A DNA stretch of 64,000 nt from Dipteris shenzhenensis. Its lineage: Eukaryota. This document shows positions 48,170-62,111 of the stretch, one piece after another (position 1 is the first letter of the stretch; each line of letters starts with the position of its first letter). A program made the position numbers and the translations under genes. Location of the stretch: the NCBI GenBank assembly GCA_047967505.1, contig CM106538.1, one strand, 5' to 3'. Under the pieces are notes generated by a model. The model was not told where the DNA came from. It ran no database searches and worked only from the letters and a program-made list of their open reading frames with translations.

Positions 48170-49110
48170 ATAAGCCCAAATGCCCTTTCATCAAAGAAAG
48201 GGGTCTTTGGGCCTATTTCTTCAACAAGGCCCATGTGAAAAAAAGAGGCCCAAAAACCCCTTTTGTCAAGAAAGGGGTATTTGGGCCTCTTTTTTTCACA
48301 TGGGCCATGTTAATGCCCAAAGACCCCTTTGTTTGATAAAAGGGGTTTTTGGGCTACTTTTTAAAAATCCAAGCAACCCAAAAACCCCTTTTGTCGAAGA
48401 AAGGGGTCTTTGGGCCTTTTTTCAGTCCATGGGCCATGGAAATGAAGAGGCCCAAAGACCCCTTTCTTTGACAAAGGAGTTTTGGGCTATTTTCTCCTAA
48501 AAAGAGCAACCCAAAACCTTCTTTCTTTGAAGAAAGGGGGTTTAAACTAATTTCATGTGAAAAAGAGTAGTCCAAAAACCCTTTTTGTTGAAGGAGGACT
48601 TTTTGGATTGCTTTCATGTGAAAAAGGGTTGCTTAAAAACACCTTTTGTCGAAGAAAGGGGTCTTTAGACCTCTTTTCTTTTTAGATTGCCCATGTGAAA
48701 AAATGAGGCCAAAAGACCCCTTTCTTCAATGAAAGGTGCATCTTTTTCTTACGTGGGCCATGTAAAAAAAAGAGGCCCAAAGACCCCTTTCTTCAATGAA
48801 AGTGGTTTGTTGGCTGCTCTTTTTGACATGAAACAACCCAAAAATCCCTTTCATTGGAGAAATGGGTCTATGGGAATGGAAAAAAAGAGAGGATGAAAGA
48901 CCGCTTTCGTCGAAGAAATTGAATTTTTGGGTTGCTTTCATGTGAAAAAGAGCAACCTGAAAACCCCTTTTATCAAAGAAAGGGGTCTCTCGAGCTTTTT
49001 TTTTTACATAGTCCATAGATCCATTTCTTCAATGTAAGGGATTTTTGGGCTGCTTTCATGTTAAAAAAAGCAGCTGGAAAACCCCTTTCTTCAATATGGG
49101 CAATGTAAAC
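48170..49110. repeat. Array of ~15 degenerate hairpin units (period ~60-75 bp)
   Basis: Consensus CCCAAAGACCCCTTT-N~9-AAAGGGGTCTTTGGG, with CATGTGAAAAA-type linkers. Confidence 0.9.
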
Positions 49111-49249
49111 AAAAGACTCCCATATTCCTTCACATTCATGGTTTGTCAAAAAATTTAGGGTCCCTATGCATCGCTATATTTCATGAACTTTGAGGCTAAA
49201 ATATATGTTCCTAATTCAATTTGCTCGGATGCTCCGATGGTTTTGCTCA

Positions 49250-51830
49250 AAACATAGAAAGCCCCCTAGCCAAGTAGGGTTAGCTAGGGATGTACATCCT
49301 TCCCCCTTCACATATTTATGTCCTAAAAAATAAAGTTAGGGAAGTCATTATTCAAGTTAGCAATCCTCTCCCAAGTTGAATGTTCATATGGCCTATGTTC
49401 CATTTAATATAATACTTAGTAATAACTATATGCCTAAGTTGTTTCTATCTTTGATCTAGAACCTTTTCCTTAAGCATATTTACATGGAAATTGGATGAAC
49501 CTTGATGTTAGAACCTTCTCCTTAAGTGTGTTCACATGGAAACTGGATGAACCTTGATGTTAGAAGGGAATTCTAACTTCTAAGTTGTATTTACATGGAA
49601 ACTTCTGGCCTATGTTCCATTTAATATTATACTTAGTAATAATTTTGTTTTTGAGTTATTTCTATCTTTTATCTAGAACCTTTTCCTTAAGCGTGTTTAC
49701 ATGGAAACAGAATGAACCTTGACCTTAAAGAGAATTCTTACTTCTAAGTTGTATTTATTTATTTTTTTAATGATATGAAATGGAGCACAATACCTATCAG
49801 AATCTTTGGATACTTCCCAATCCTCAATCTTTTGTAAACTCTAAGATTCACCCATATGCCTTCTTTGAGAATCCTAGGGGTACATTTCCAGTTCACATAA
49901 ATTTTTTCTCTATCTTGAGCACTTTTTATGGAATCTTTAGTATTTGCTAACATTTCTTATATGTTTATCAAGAAATCTTTAGCTATTTGTACCTTAATGC
50001 CTAAGACAATCAACAATCAACAATCTAAGCTATTATCCATATCTCCAAATATAAGCATAAACATACTAAACAGTATAACACATTCATGCATTATTATAGG
50101 TAAATCCCATCATCAAAATGTACCCCTCCCAAATTGATGGTTTTTTGGAGACATATGCTCTAAAAATATCCTCCATACCCTAATTCACTCTCTCTATTTT
50201 CCCATCAAGTTGAGGATGAGCAGTCGAGCTCAGGCTAAGAGTAGTTTTTGATTTCTCAAAAATCACTTGCCAGAGGTTTCAAATAAATTTGGAGTCTTAA
50301 TCACTATGTAAGTATGCAAATCATAAAGTCTAAAGATTGCTCCATAAATTGTTATGCTAAATTTTTTCCCTTATGTTGTCATAGCTAGTATGAATCGCAC
50401 AAATTTGACCCAAAATGTATCATTTCATCTGTTTGTCTAGGGAAGCCCTGTGCTAAATTCCATAGATATATTTTCCCCGTTTAGAATTAGGGAAATGCAA
50501 ACATGCAACATGTCTCCAATCTCAAAGCGTTTGCCTTTTTAAATTGACATTTTTGACAATTAACTACATAGCCCTAGACGTACACTTTCATTTTCATATG
50601 ATACAAGTTTCACTTGTCCAAATTGTAGGTCGTTTGTATATCAAGATCATTTTACCATGACATTCATATGACATCTTTTGCTTTCCCTTGTAGAGTAACA
50701 ATCATATATACTTCTAACCTCATTCTCAAAGGTAACATTCATCTTAGATTTATTGCTAGATTTGACCAATATATATATCAATCTTGCATTGACCTTTTGG
50801 AGAATGATAGAAACTAGTTTTTATCTTAACAAAGCTTAGCACATTTTTCGCTCCAATCCCGACTAAAGCATCCACTACTTGATTTATAATATCTTCTCTA
50901 AAAAACAAACTCTTGCATCAGCTTCACCCAACTAGCTATTCTACTTGTAAAGTTAGGCTTATTAAAAGAATACTTTAAGAGTTCATGATCACCTATAGCA
51001 AAGTCGAGCCATATAGATAATCTCTCTATAAATTCAAGGAACGTATTACCACATACAATTCTTTTTTGTGTGTGTGAGCACCATCAACTTCTTACTTTCA
51101 TAGGCAACGAATCTCCCCTCTTGGAAAAAAGTAGCACCTATTCTAAAATCACTAGCATCCATTTCAATCATTAATGATTTATAGGATCAACAATGGCTAC
51201 CATAGGTGCAGTGGTAATCTATTGTTTCAAGGCCTCAAATCATGTTGCTCTTCTTTGTTACCCCTTTAAGAAGTTTCATCAAGGGAGAGCTATCTAAGCA
51301 TAATAACAAATATGATTTTGGAAGAATATCATAAATCCCAAAACAAGCCCGAGTTTATTACTAATGGTCTCTAGAATAGGACATTCAAACACCTTCCTAA
51401 CTTTGGCATCATCTATACAAACTCCATTAGCACATATAAGATGGACATGATACAACATTTCATGCCAAAGAGTCACATTTAGACTAGTTGGCATACAACT
51501 TCTCCTTTCTTAGTATATCAAAAACAATTCTAAGATATATTTTATGCTCACTCAATGTTTTCCTATAAACTAGGATAGCATCCAAGAATACCACCATAAG
51601 CTTGCCCAAATAAGGCGTGAATGTCATTCATCATTTGTTCAAAGGTGGCTAGAGCATTTGTTCGAAGGTGGCTACAGTATTTGTGAAAACAAAAGGTAAG
51701 ATTAGAATTCGTGATGCCCATACCTTATTGTATACATAATTTTATAAATATCCCCTTCAACAATTTGCAGTGACTGATACCTAATATGTATATCAATTTT
51801 CATAAAATAATTAGCACTCTGTCAAATATA
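49250..51830 (-). mobile_element. Degenerate Ty3/Gypsy pol (RT-RH-INT) with PPT and start of the 3' LTR
   Basis: TNALATFEQMMND and PYLGKLMVVFLDAILVY (~51565-51665). KVHPVSM/HVN repeats. PPT AAGGGGGAAGGA followed by TGTACA at 49296. Confidence 0.7.
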
Positions 51831-52419
51831 GCAACAGTCCATGGCTATAATTAGCATGCATGCCCCAGATCTCTATCTAGATATGTGACTCTAGTTAGGA
51901 TTTTTCCACTAAGGTAGTTCCTGTGCTGAATTTGCTACCAATATTGTCTTCATCAAATCATGTACTAGGAATTGAACCACAAATTTCTTCACTCACCACC
52001 CACTTACCATTGAGAAATTTTCTCACCTCGAGTACAAGGCATAGGGAAGACACAAGGCTTCTATATCTTATATGAATAGTCCTCTATATTAGTAGACCCT
52101 AGATCATAGTCAACCTCTATATCTTATATCATGGATGAATCGATCTAGCTTGTCACATATAACCATGCCCCTAGTAGGAATCATTATCCATGTACTAATT
52201 AGTCTCCAAAAAAATGAGCGCCCTATGTCAATTTACAACCATAGTCCATGGTTATAATTAGCCTATAGCCCTATTCCCTTCTAGTTTTCCATCTAGACAT
52301 ATCAACCTAGTTATGATTACTCATTTTGACCTCTTGAATTCACCAATCAAGGTGTCCCCCAACACATACGTGATTTGTTATCTAGCCAAGGTTAGCAAGG
52401 GATGTAACATCTTGACTCA

Positions 52420-52925
52420 ATGTCTCTCTTCATCCCCCTCGTATTGTCACATCCCCTCTCCATTCCTCTCTTCCTCCTTGATCAACTTCTCTCTTCATTC
52501 CCCTCCAATCCTCTCTTCCTCTCTCAATTTCTCTTGTCATACCCCTCATACAGTCCCATCCCCACTCTTACCTCACTTTCTCCCTTAGTTTCTCTCTTCA
52601 ACCCCCCTTATCCCCTCTCCACTCCTCGCTTCCCGTCCTCTCCACTCCTTTTTTTCTCCCAAGGTCCCTCTCCTCTGCACTCCTTCCTTCCTCCTTCCAC
52701 TGCTCTCTTCCTTTCCTTTACACTCCTCTCCACTCATTTTTTCATTCCTAAGTTCTCTCTTCATCCCCTTTATATAGTCTTTTCCCCTCTCCACTCATTT
52801 CTTCCTCCCTCAATTCCTCTCTTCATCCCTCCCAAATAGTTGCATGTCCTCTCCACTCTCTCTCCATCTCCCTTGGGTCTCCATATTATCCCTTTCCCTT
52901 ATCTCACTCTCCCCCCTCCTCTTTC
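52420..52925. repeat. C/T-rich low-complexity tract
   Basis: Strongly pyrimidine-biased on the + strand. Confidence 0.85.
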
Positions 52926-52929
52926 ATTT

Positions 52930-54809
52930 GTTGCTTGTCATAGTGATGTAGGAAATGGTAGATGAACCTTTGTTGATACGTGGGTTGAGGAATAACCCTA
53001 GGATAATGACATTAGGATGTGTCACGATTTCCCCAACGAACACAATGTGCATAGTAGAGTGTTGGCTTGGCTTTAAAATGAGGGCATTCCTTAGTGGGAT
53101 GATTTCCATTGCATACCCCACACCATATGTGATCTCTTTGTGGAAATCGATGGGGGTTTCTAGGAGCATCTTTTGGTGCTTCTTTTCCATTGTTGGCTCA
53201 ACTTGTTTAAAAGATCTGTGGCCAACTCTTCCATGTTGAGCACCTTGGGCATCATGCTTTCATCCCTAGCTACTTCTAAGGTTGAAGCCATTATCATTTG
53301 GGACATATTAGAGGAACCTAAGGATTTATCCTTTTGGGGATTCTTCCTCATGTTATCCCCTAAGCGTATCGCTGTCTTGCTGTATAGCTCAAACGATGTG
53401 GGATTCATAGCAAATAGATGATCATGTAGCTTAGCATCTCATAGCCCTATGAGAAAGTGTGGCAAAAGATGCACATCGCTCATCCTCTTGTGGGTTTCAC
53501 ATTGTGAGTTCAGATGTTTAATCCTAGCGATATAGTCTCTTAAGGACTCAATGTCCTTCTAATTCACCTCATAAAGTTGGTTAATTGGGCTCCATTTGGG
53601 ACCATCGAGGGCAAACCCCACAATGAAAGATTTATGCAATGTGTCCTAATTTATTTTCTCCTCAGGGCTTAAGGATCTAAACCATTGTCCAACCTTGCCA
53701 TCAAGACTTGAGCTAAAAGCACTGACCTTGTCTAGATCCCTGATATCACCAAAGGTCTCACAGATTTTTTCAAATCTCTCAACATGGGAGACTGGGTCTC
53801 CTCCTACAAACTTGGTGATTATCTTGGAGATTATGATAGGCTTGCTCCTTGAGGGGTTGGTATCCCTTCCTAGAAACATTGGTGGTGGAGCGATGGCCCC
53901 CCTTCCTAGCGCTTGCACTAGGATTCTCATAGCTTCATCCGTAAGGACCATTTATGATACAGAAGGAGGTTGTGGAATGGTGGGCTGTGTCCCGTACATT
54001 CGTGGTCCTGATGAAGGGCTCGATGGATTTGATGGCATGAGTTTGGGATGGTAGGATCTAGGCCCACTAGTCATTTGCATTATTACTTCGGTCGGGTTGG
54101 GCCTAACAGGTTGGACTAGAGGTCCTCTAGGGAGTGGTATGTTCCCTGTAGGCATAGGCCTATATCCCACGTTTTGTTTCCAAGGAGGCATCATAGAGTC
54201 TTTTGAGGTGGAGGGTCTTCATTGTGGCCTTCAAGATTACTCCTCTGCCCCCTTTGCTTTAGCATTTGGGACCCTTGTGAGAATGTGGGTCCAAATCCAT
54301 CCCCATAGGATTGTCTGTCATCAAAGAATTGGTATAGTGGGGGTTGATTGCTAGTTAGTACCATGGGACTTGATTCCCTGAGTATTGCTTGTGATATCGG
54401 TAGTTGGGAGGTCCTTTGAGGCTCTATTATTGCCCTAGTCTGCCCAACAATTGGGTTGATGATTTTTGTGATTGGGTCACTGAGCCCAAACCTTCCTAGC
54501 ATGTTTACAAATGAGTCCCTTATTTGAGATGGTGTGGAAGGGGGGTGATTGAGGGCATACTAAACTAGAGTTGGGGAGCTACAGATGCTCTAAGGTTGGG
54601 ATTTTCACTCATCTCTCCATCAAAGCTCATTGAATCTTCAAGCTGGACATCTCAACTTGGGATGGTCCATGCACTGAATGGGCACTAAGTATTGAGGATC
54701 TTGGCTGCATAGTTGTGAAACTTGGCACGTAGCTAGATAAAACGTTTTTTGAGGCACTATCTTTGTGCTCTGGGTCAACCACTAGGATTCTTCCTGATCT
54801 TAAGTGCAT
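52930..54809 (-). pseudogene. Ty3/Gypsy gag remnant
   Basis: MHLRSGR start, a Pro-rich region, and KFVGGDPVSHVERFEKICETFG...AFSSSLDGKVGQWFRSL. Several stops. Confidence 0.75.
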
Positions 54810-55069
54810 GTGTTAGTCTGCATAGTTGATGCCCCAATTCTAGATTGTCTGCCTCAACATAGGGTCAAGGGGAGGCAGCCCCTTGTGGCAGGGTGCGAGG
54901 GTGTGGGGGCAATGCCCCAACTTTTTTTGATTAAAAAATGGGGTTTATTTCAATGCAATTTGCAAGCGAATTTCATCATTTTTCAATGCTTGAGGTCCCT
55001 ACTTTCAGGTGCTATATTACACTTATATCCCTACTTTTTTCTAATTTCTATGTTCCTAGAGCTATGGCA

Positions 55070-55560
55070 CCAACCCATGGGGATAGAGCTAAAGGAACAA
55101 CTTGTGGGGTAGAGCTAAAGCAAGGACCCGTGGGGATAGACCTAAAGCAAGGACTCGGTGCGATAGCGCTAAGGTAGCCACCCATAGGGATAGAGCTATG
55201 GCAATGATTCGTGGGGATAGAGCAATGGCAACAATCCATGGGGATAGAGCTATGGCAACAACCCATGGGGATAGAGCTATGGCAACGACCCATGGGGATA
55301 GAGCTAAGTCAACAACCCAAGGGGATAGAGCTATGGCAATGATCCGTGGGCTAAAGCTAAGGCGTCGGATCAATGCTTGTTTTATCGATGGGATACTTGA
55401 TTGATAGTAATTTATTAGGCTGGCGGGTTAGGTACTGACATGTGTCAGGTCATGGGGATAGGGTTAAGCCAATGGGTCAAGACATGTCTGACCGGTGGGA
55501 TAGAGCTAAGGCGACGAGTCATGGGGATAGGAGCTAAGGCGATGACCTATGGGGATAGTC
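55070..55560. repeat. 30-bp minisatellite upstream of the gag remnant
   Basis: Consensus GGGGATAGAGCTATGGCAACGACCCAT; roughly a dozen degenerate units. Confidence 0.9.
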
Positions 55561-57156
55561 TGGTGATTTTTGAGTTTTTGTTCCAGCTTTGAGTGTTTGT
55601 GGGTGCTATACACTACCTAAACTACCTATACTAAGAAAAAAAAACAAAAAACAACAACATTTGGTGCACAAATGAGAAATTTCTACATGTGGGACTATCA
55701 ACACTCAAAAACCACTTCGAATTTGAGCTTCAATCTTCATTTTTGGGTGTCTTTGTTGAATTCTTTTATCACACACACCTTACCAATCTTCTAAACTACC
55801 TTCCTATCGATTCAAAACACTAAAAAACAAGCTTCACATGATCAAAAATGCTTTCCAGTAAGAAAATGTCAGTTTTCATCTTTTTCTGTCCAAACACACA
55901 CTTCCTCACTCATTCCTCTCCTATAACTCCACTATCAAAGCTCTAAGATAAGCTTGAAATAATGAGAAATGGGTAGATGATGATAGAAGGAAAGTGCAAT
56001 GCAAAGGCATACCTTGAACTCCTTGGTAGTGGTGCCAAAGATGTGTAGACTTGACGATGACGCATGTGTCATGGGGATCTTGAAGGAATAATAATGGAGT
56101 GCCTCCACTCCAAGCTACTCCTTGTGAGGCTATTGCAAAGCACGAGCCATCCGCAAGTGTCACTTAAGTAGCTCTTGATTGCAATGTGTTTCCACAAGAG
56201 AAAGAGAGGGAAAGGGGAGATGGGAGAAGAGACAAAGAAGGGAAGGAGGAGACCAGAATGAATGGGGATGGAGTGGCAAATACAAAGGCACTACAAAGGA
56301 AACAAGAGCACCAAAAAACACTGTTAGAAGAGAAGAGGGAGCTTGTATTTCAAACTTTTGCATCCAACAATGAAGACCAAAGTCAACCAATGTCACCTTT
56401 TGAAGGGAGGGTCAACTTTTTTCTCTTTATACCACTTTGTCTTCTCATTCTTTTACCATCCTCTTGGGCCCATCTAGCTCCAAGACACAATCTTGGCTCT
56501 ACGAACTTGCCACTGTCCATCAAATCACATCACTAACCAGTAATGGCATATTGTAAACCAATCGGTTAACTCGTTTGCAATAAACTTTGCAAATGGGAAC
56601 CGAGGATTTTCATTTACTTTTGGAATATGATCCTTATCTTTGGGCCTCTTGCTACTATTGCATTCATTTGTGAACTTGGTGAATCAGTGTATGAGTTTGG
56701 AGCTTGAATGAGGGTGCTAACTAATCATTAACCTAACAAACTAGGGAATAACCACCATATGGTAGTAATCTTTAGCTAGAGGAGATCCAAAACTACCATA
56801 GGAGTAGAGTAGATTTTTTGCAAACGACAATAAAATTGCAAGTGCAATACAAAGGAAGAGCACTTGTACTACTTTCCTACTATGTTCATAGATAAGGCCA
56901 TTAGTAGTTTGACAAGTATCCACATCATTATTTGACCACATGGGCTGAATTGAAGGAATCCTATCTAAAATGCTTTCAATATCAATTCAGCAAGGAAGAA
57001 TTGATGTCAAATCTCAACAGAATCAAACCAAAACTTCAGGAATCATGTAAGAGTTTGGAGCTTGAATGAGGGTGTGAACCAATCATTAAACTAGCACACT
57101 AGGGAACAACCACTAGATGATATTAATATTCAAGAAAATGTACTGGAGGAGAATAG

Positions 57157-58028
57157 GAGTAGGGTAGCATGTATCCTTTGGCACTTTGTCAAGTATCCCA
57201 TATGAAGACATATGCCATAGTCTATAGAATGTCAATATGCATTTGTGTTGCATATATCCTTTTGCACTTTGTTAGGCCATATGAATATGTGTTTTACCTA
57301 ATCTGATTAGATTTCATTGTATGGGGAAAAATTTTACACTCTCTCCCTTTCTACAAAATCACTTCTAATATATGTTGGATATATTAATCTTCAAAGAGTT
57401 TTCCACAGTTTCTAAAACATCATGTTCCCATATTCTGATTGAACAAAGAGAAAGGATAGAAACCTTGTATGTTTTTTGTTTTATAAGTGTATTGATTAGA
57501 CATATGCATGTAAAGACATAAAATTTCAAAGAAAAAATGTCAAATAAGCGGAAACCATCTTCCGACTTATCGCCTTATGAACCCTGATATTTTTTCAATT
57601 CTAACAATTCATTGGATAAAGGAAGGAAAAATCCAAAATTTCTCTTTTTACACTACCATCAACGTCCTTATGCACAAGGAGATATATTCAATGGACAATC
57701 ACTATAAATTTGAGTTTATTTAACATTTTCCCCTTCATGTATCATAAGAAATTACTAAGGGGTTGGTGGTCCAAGACAAGTGCTTTAAAACAATGAGGTT
57801 TAGGGTTTGAATTCCATGTGTAGCCAAAGGGAGTAAAATTAAACCCAAATAAACTTTTTCATTTAACTTTTTCTCAAATGTCTATTTTTATTTTGGTCTT
57901 TTCACTGCCGCCCATCATGTTTCTATAGTTGACAACCACCACAATGCCACCAAGTCACCATAAGATGCAAGGAGAGAGGTGGTTGCAGTGCCACCATTCT
58001 TCTTAAGATACTGCAAGTAGAGGTGTGA
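57157..58028. repeat. Dispersed repeat, copy 2 (see 46776-47757)
   Basis: Same orientation, ~10.4 kb downstream of copy 1. Confidence 0.8.
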
Positions 58029-58329
58029 CATAGGAGAGAAGAAGGGCTTGAGATTCAAATGAGGTGGTGTAGCTATGAGTGAGGTCACGAGCAAGGTAGG
58101 AGCTATGTGAGTAGGGGAGGAGGAGGGAACTACGCGAGTTTGAAAGGGAATTTGTGGGGTGGAAAAGGGAGGCTATGGATTTAGAAAGGGAAGCAAAGGA
58201 GGCAAAAAGGGAAGCTAGAGTCATCGAGGCAAGAGGCCATCGACCCCAATCCATCCAATCACGCACAATTGGCAATACAAGAAGCCACATCAGCCAATCA
58301 AGGGAAATTTAGGCCTCAAAATATTCCAT

Positions 58330-59400
58330 TAACCATGCCAGTACTCGGACCTCAACCACCACCACCATGAATTAATCCCACGAATCAAGTATTGGTGGAA
58401 GAGCTGCTTGATTAGGGAGACCCCAAACCTACCTTTAGTGGAAACAACTATCCCCAAAATGGTGACAATGCAAATAGGTCTAGCATTATAACTCACTACA
58501 TTATACAAGATGACCAATACATTCCAGTCTACTAGATGGCACCAATTCCTCAAAGAATAGGATATATGAACAGCCTGGACAAGACACCACCTATTCAATG
58601 CCATACGTGTCAAGGGCCACACCCAAACAATGAGTGTCCATATAAGAGGCAATTTAGTCATCCCATCACATCTGCACCAGCATCTAATACACCACCACCA
58701 TTGTGCAATGGGTGTGGTGTGGACCATCTTTTTAAGGATTGCTTAATGAGAACACCAAGTCCACAAGCCTTAACTTGTTAAGCATTAAGAGAGGCCAACT
58801 ATCATCAGTATCCTAGAATGTAATCATGAGGTTGCAAGCTAAAGCCCTTAATAAAGAGCTTCACAAACAAGCCAAAAGGGATAAAGCTAGCATGTCACAT
58901 CCTAGAGAGGCAACTGAATTAGCACGAGTACGCACCAACGAGTAAGGACCAAGGGTGCAACAAAGATTGGGAAGGGACACAATAAGGTCATCATCCAAGA
59001 TGGGTCAGATGAAGACATAGCCTCCCTAGCAACATCATCTTCCTTTGATGATACTTTCTCAAATAGTACCAGCAACAAGCACCTACATGAGGCAAATGGA
59101 GGAACAATAAGGGCTTTAGCCCATGGCCAAGCCACAACACCTAAGAGTCACAGTGAATATCCCAACCCATGGGTGGGGAAACAATATCTCACCGAGGTGC
59201 ATAAATTGGTACGCAAGTGCCAAGAGGAATGTGAGTAGAGGCCTAAGGAAAGCAAGAGTATTGATACAATTCATCCAAGATATGATATAACCACTCGAGC
59301 CTAAAAATCCTTGCAAATACGTGAAAGGGTAGATGAAGAATGTGTGTCATTCCCTTCAATAGAGGGATCCACCCTAATGCAACGGATGTTGGAAGAATAC
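58330..59400 (+). pseudogene. Retrotransposon gag C-terminal remnant with two zinc knuckles
   Basis: CHTCQGPHPNNEC and CNGCGVDHLFKDC. Confidence 0.6.
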
Positions 59401-61049
59401 CCCACCTTGCAACAACTAAAGGAGGATTAACATGTCCTTATATGTTTCAGCATATCGTAGGACTGTGTTGAAGCTCATTATAATCATGAGGAATCCATTG
59501 AGCCTTTGTAGTCCTGGCGATAGAATCGGCACCTTGTTCCAAGACCGAAGCGCAAAAGCGATGGTAGGTTCTTGTGGGTCTATATCCTCTTCGGGAATAA
59601 GTTCTTGTGGATGGACCAGCTCTTTGATGAGTCCAAGTCTGAGGTACATGCTAGGCTTGGCAGGTGGTACTTTAGAACCCAGTGCACCCTTCCCTTTTTC
59701 AACAGGTAGGTTCTTGTGTAACTACTGCAGCTGCTCATAAAGCTGATTCTTGTAGTAGGATCAAGCAAGGATGCAAGGGGGTATCCCATGGTCATACCTT
59801 GGTTGTATCTTTCCTTGAAGTTCCAGCAGTGGGTTCTTGTGATGCTACCTCATTTTTAGAGGTACGTTGTTGTGGTACCACTGAGTTCTTGCCATTGGGT
59901 GGCCTTGCAAGGGTGGAGTCCTAATGGGTAACCCAATGGTGGATGTGGAGGTGCAGTGGGGGGGCTTAGGTACCCAGATACACCAATTACCCTCTTAGTA
60001 ACATTGGACTTGGAGCAGCCATTTAGAGATCCATCGAGGTTGATTCTCTTATTTCCTACCCATTGACATACATCATGTTATTCGAGATATCCTTGGTCTT
60101 GCAGATGGCAGGAGAGAGGGGGTGGGAAGCAAGGGGGGACATGAAGTCACACTTAGAGAGGAATTTTCTGTGGGGTGCCAAGTGTCGATAGGAAGGGCTT
60201 CACTTTGGATAAAATGGGCTTTTACTTTCTTTGGGGGGAAAAACGGAGGAAGGGCTATTGATACAGAAGGTATGGTCAAGAGTATGATACTCACACTGGT
60301 AGACATAGATTTGGACTTGATAGCCACAGAAGTGGACGAGGAAGCCTTGGTTGTATTCAAGGGGGTTGCTACCTTGCTTCCCAAAGCTAGCATGGGGATA
60401 AAATTGCCAGTTGACAATGGACCTAAGATATGAGAGCCGATAGAGATAACTAAGGTGCAACCCTCATTTTGGTAAGTATTGTTGTGCGTTCACACCAACC
60501 AATTCAGCAATTAACCTCCTAGCACCAAGTTCTACCAAGGATGACCTATTCGTCCATGGCACTTGCAAGCATAACATAACATCTACTTGCCACAACATGG
60601 CTATTTATTGATATGGGTAATTATACGTGACCTATTGTGGGATGGATCTTTCCATTCACAATGCATACCATGACAGGCATGGGCTCTAAGGTTATCTCAA
60701 ACTTTAGGAGTTGAGTGCACATTTTGTAAGATATAAGGGAACCATTGTGGCTCACCCCATGGTCAATGAAGGCCTCTAATGTCTCTCTGCACAACTAAAA
60801 ATTCCACTTGTACCTTGGTAGGGGCAATGGTGAGATCCTCTAGTACATATGCCTTAGAAATTGTTATTAACTTTGAGTTCTTTGCTTTAGCCTACCGAGC
60901 ATAGCTTCCTCGATCACTCGTCACTTCATATGAGCGACCTCCTTCTTAAGCTCCTTTTCATGATGGATGGTCTGCAGCATCTAGAGACCTGAATAGCATT
61001 AAGCTTGCAAGCTTGCTACCATTGATATATCCATCCATCTCACGACTTT

Positions 61050-61935
61050 GCAAGGTCACGAGATTCTACATGACCCTTGTGGTGTTATTTCCTTGACCCG
61101 ATAAGGACCCATTCCTAGATATTTCAATTTGTGCTTCATGTTTCTCATGCTATATAGTAGCAGAATATTACCCTCCTTTAAATTCTTGCTTCGTATATTG
61201 TGGTCAAACCCACCTTTTACGGCATGATTTCTCAACTTTTATGCCATAGGCCGATCTTAACTTGGTTTCATCCAACTTTTCTAGCTCAATCAGCCTTTTG
61301 GGAATCGTCTCCTTTGATAATCAATCTCTAATTGCAACTCTGAGGCTTGGAACAATAAATTCCACTATATGACTGCCTCTACCCCAAACATTAGACTAAA
61401 GGATGTGTAGTTAGTGGCGACCTTATACGCCGTTTGATAAGCCCATAGTGCCATGGTAAGATTATGTTCCCAGTTGTTACGATTGGGCTTGATCGTGCAT
61501 GTCATGGTCTGACTCAAGATTTTGTTCGAGCTCTTGGCTTGGCCATTTTCTCTTGGTCGATGAGAAACTCACTCATTTAAATGCAAATTGTATCATTGAT
61601 AAAATGTGTTCCTTGATCGCTTACTATTTCCAGTGGAAGGCCAAAGTGCAATATCACATTCTTATACAGAAACTATGTGGTTGTCCATGCATCTACCTTC
61701 TTGGTGGCCTTCGCCTCTACCCACTTTGTGAAGTAGTCTGTATCCACGATTATGTAATGGGCCTAAGCCCCCTTAGTTATCGGACTAATAGGTCCCATGA
61801 AATCAATGCCCCACTTTTTGAAGGAATGATCTGTAAGGACTCCTATTAAAGGCATATAGTCCTCATATTGGGGAATGGAGGCCCACTAGCAAGGGTCATA
61901 ACGTTTGACAAACTTGGCCGCATCAACAAAGAGCA
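61050..61935 (-). pseudogene. Ty3/Gypsy integrase remnant
   Basis: PSKKWGIDFMGP, TDYFTKWVEAKA, LWAY*TAYKV and GPYRV. Confidence 0.75.
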
Positions 61936-61938
61936 TGT

Positions 61939-62111
61939 TGTGGTAAACGCCAATGGCCTAGCATGTACCCAGTGTAAAGTTATACACATGTTATGTACCA
62001 CTAATAGAGGATAAGGAAAGATAAGGGTGATGAAGCACTCACATTGTGTGCTTGTTCTCTCTCTCGCTCTAGCTCGTGCATCCTATGTACCCCTTCAACT
62101 GGTATTAGAAC
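61939..62111 (+). mobile_element. Short LTR-like segment followed by a Met-type PBS
   Basis: TG...CCCTTCA (62097), then TGGTATTAGAAC (62100-62111). Confidence 0.45.

Noticed and set aside
48170-49110. CRISPR-like array of regularly spaced palindromes
   Set aside because: The repeats are degenerate, the linkers resemble each other instead of being unique spacers, there are no cas genes, and the context is eukaryotic.
55048-55404. Repetitive ORFs (IALSPWVVA / HGDRAMATT)
   Set aside because: They are by-products of the 30-bp minisatellite.
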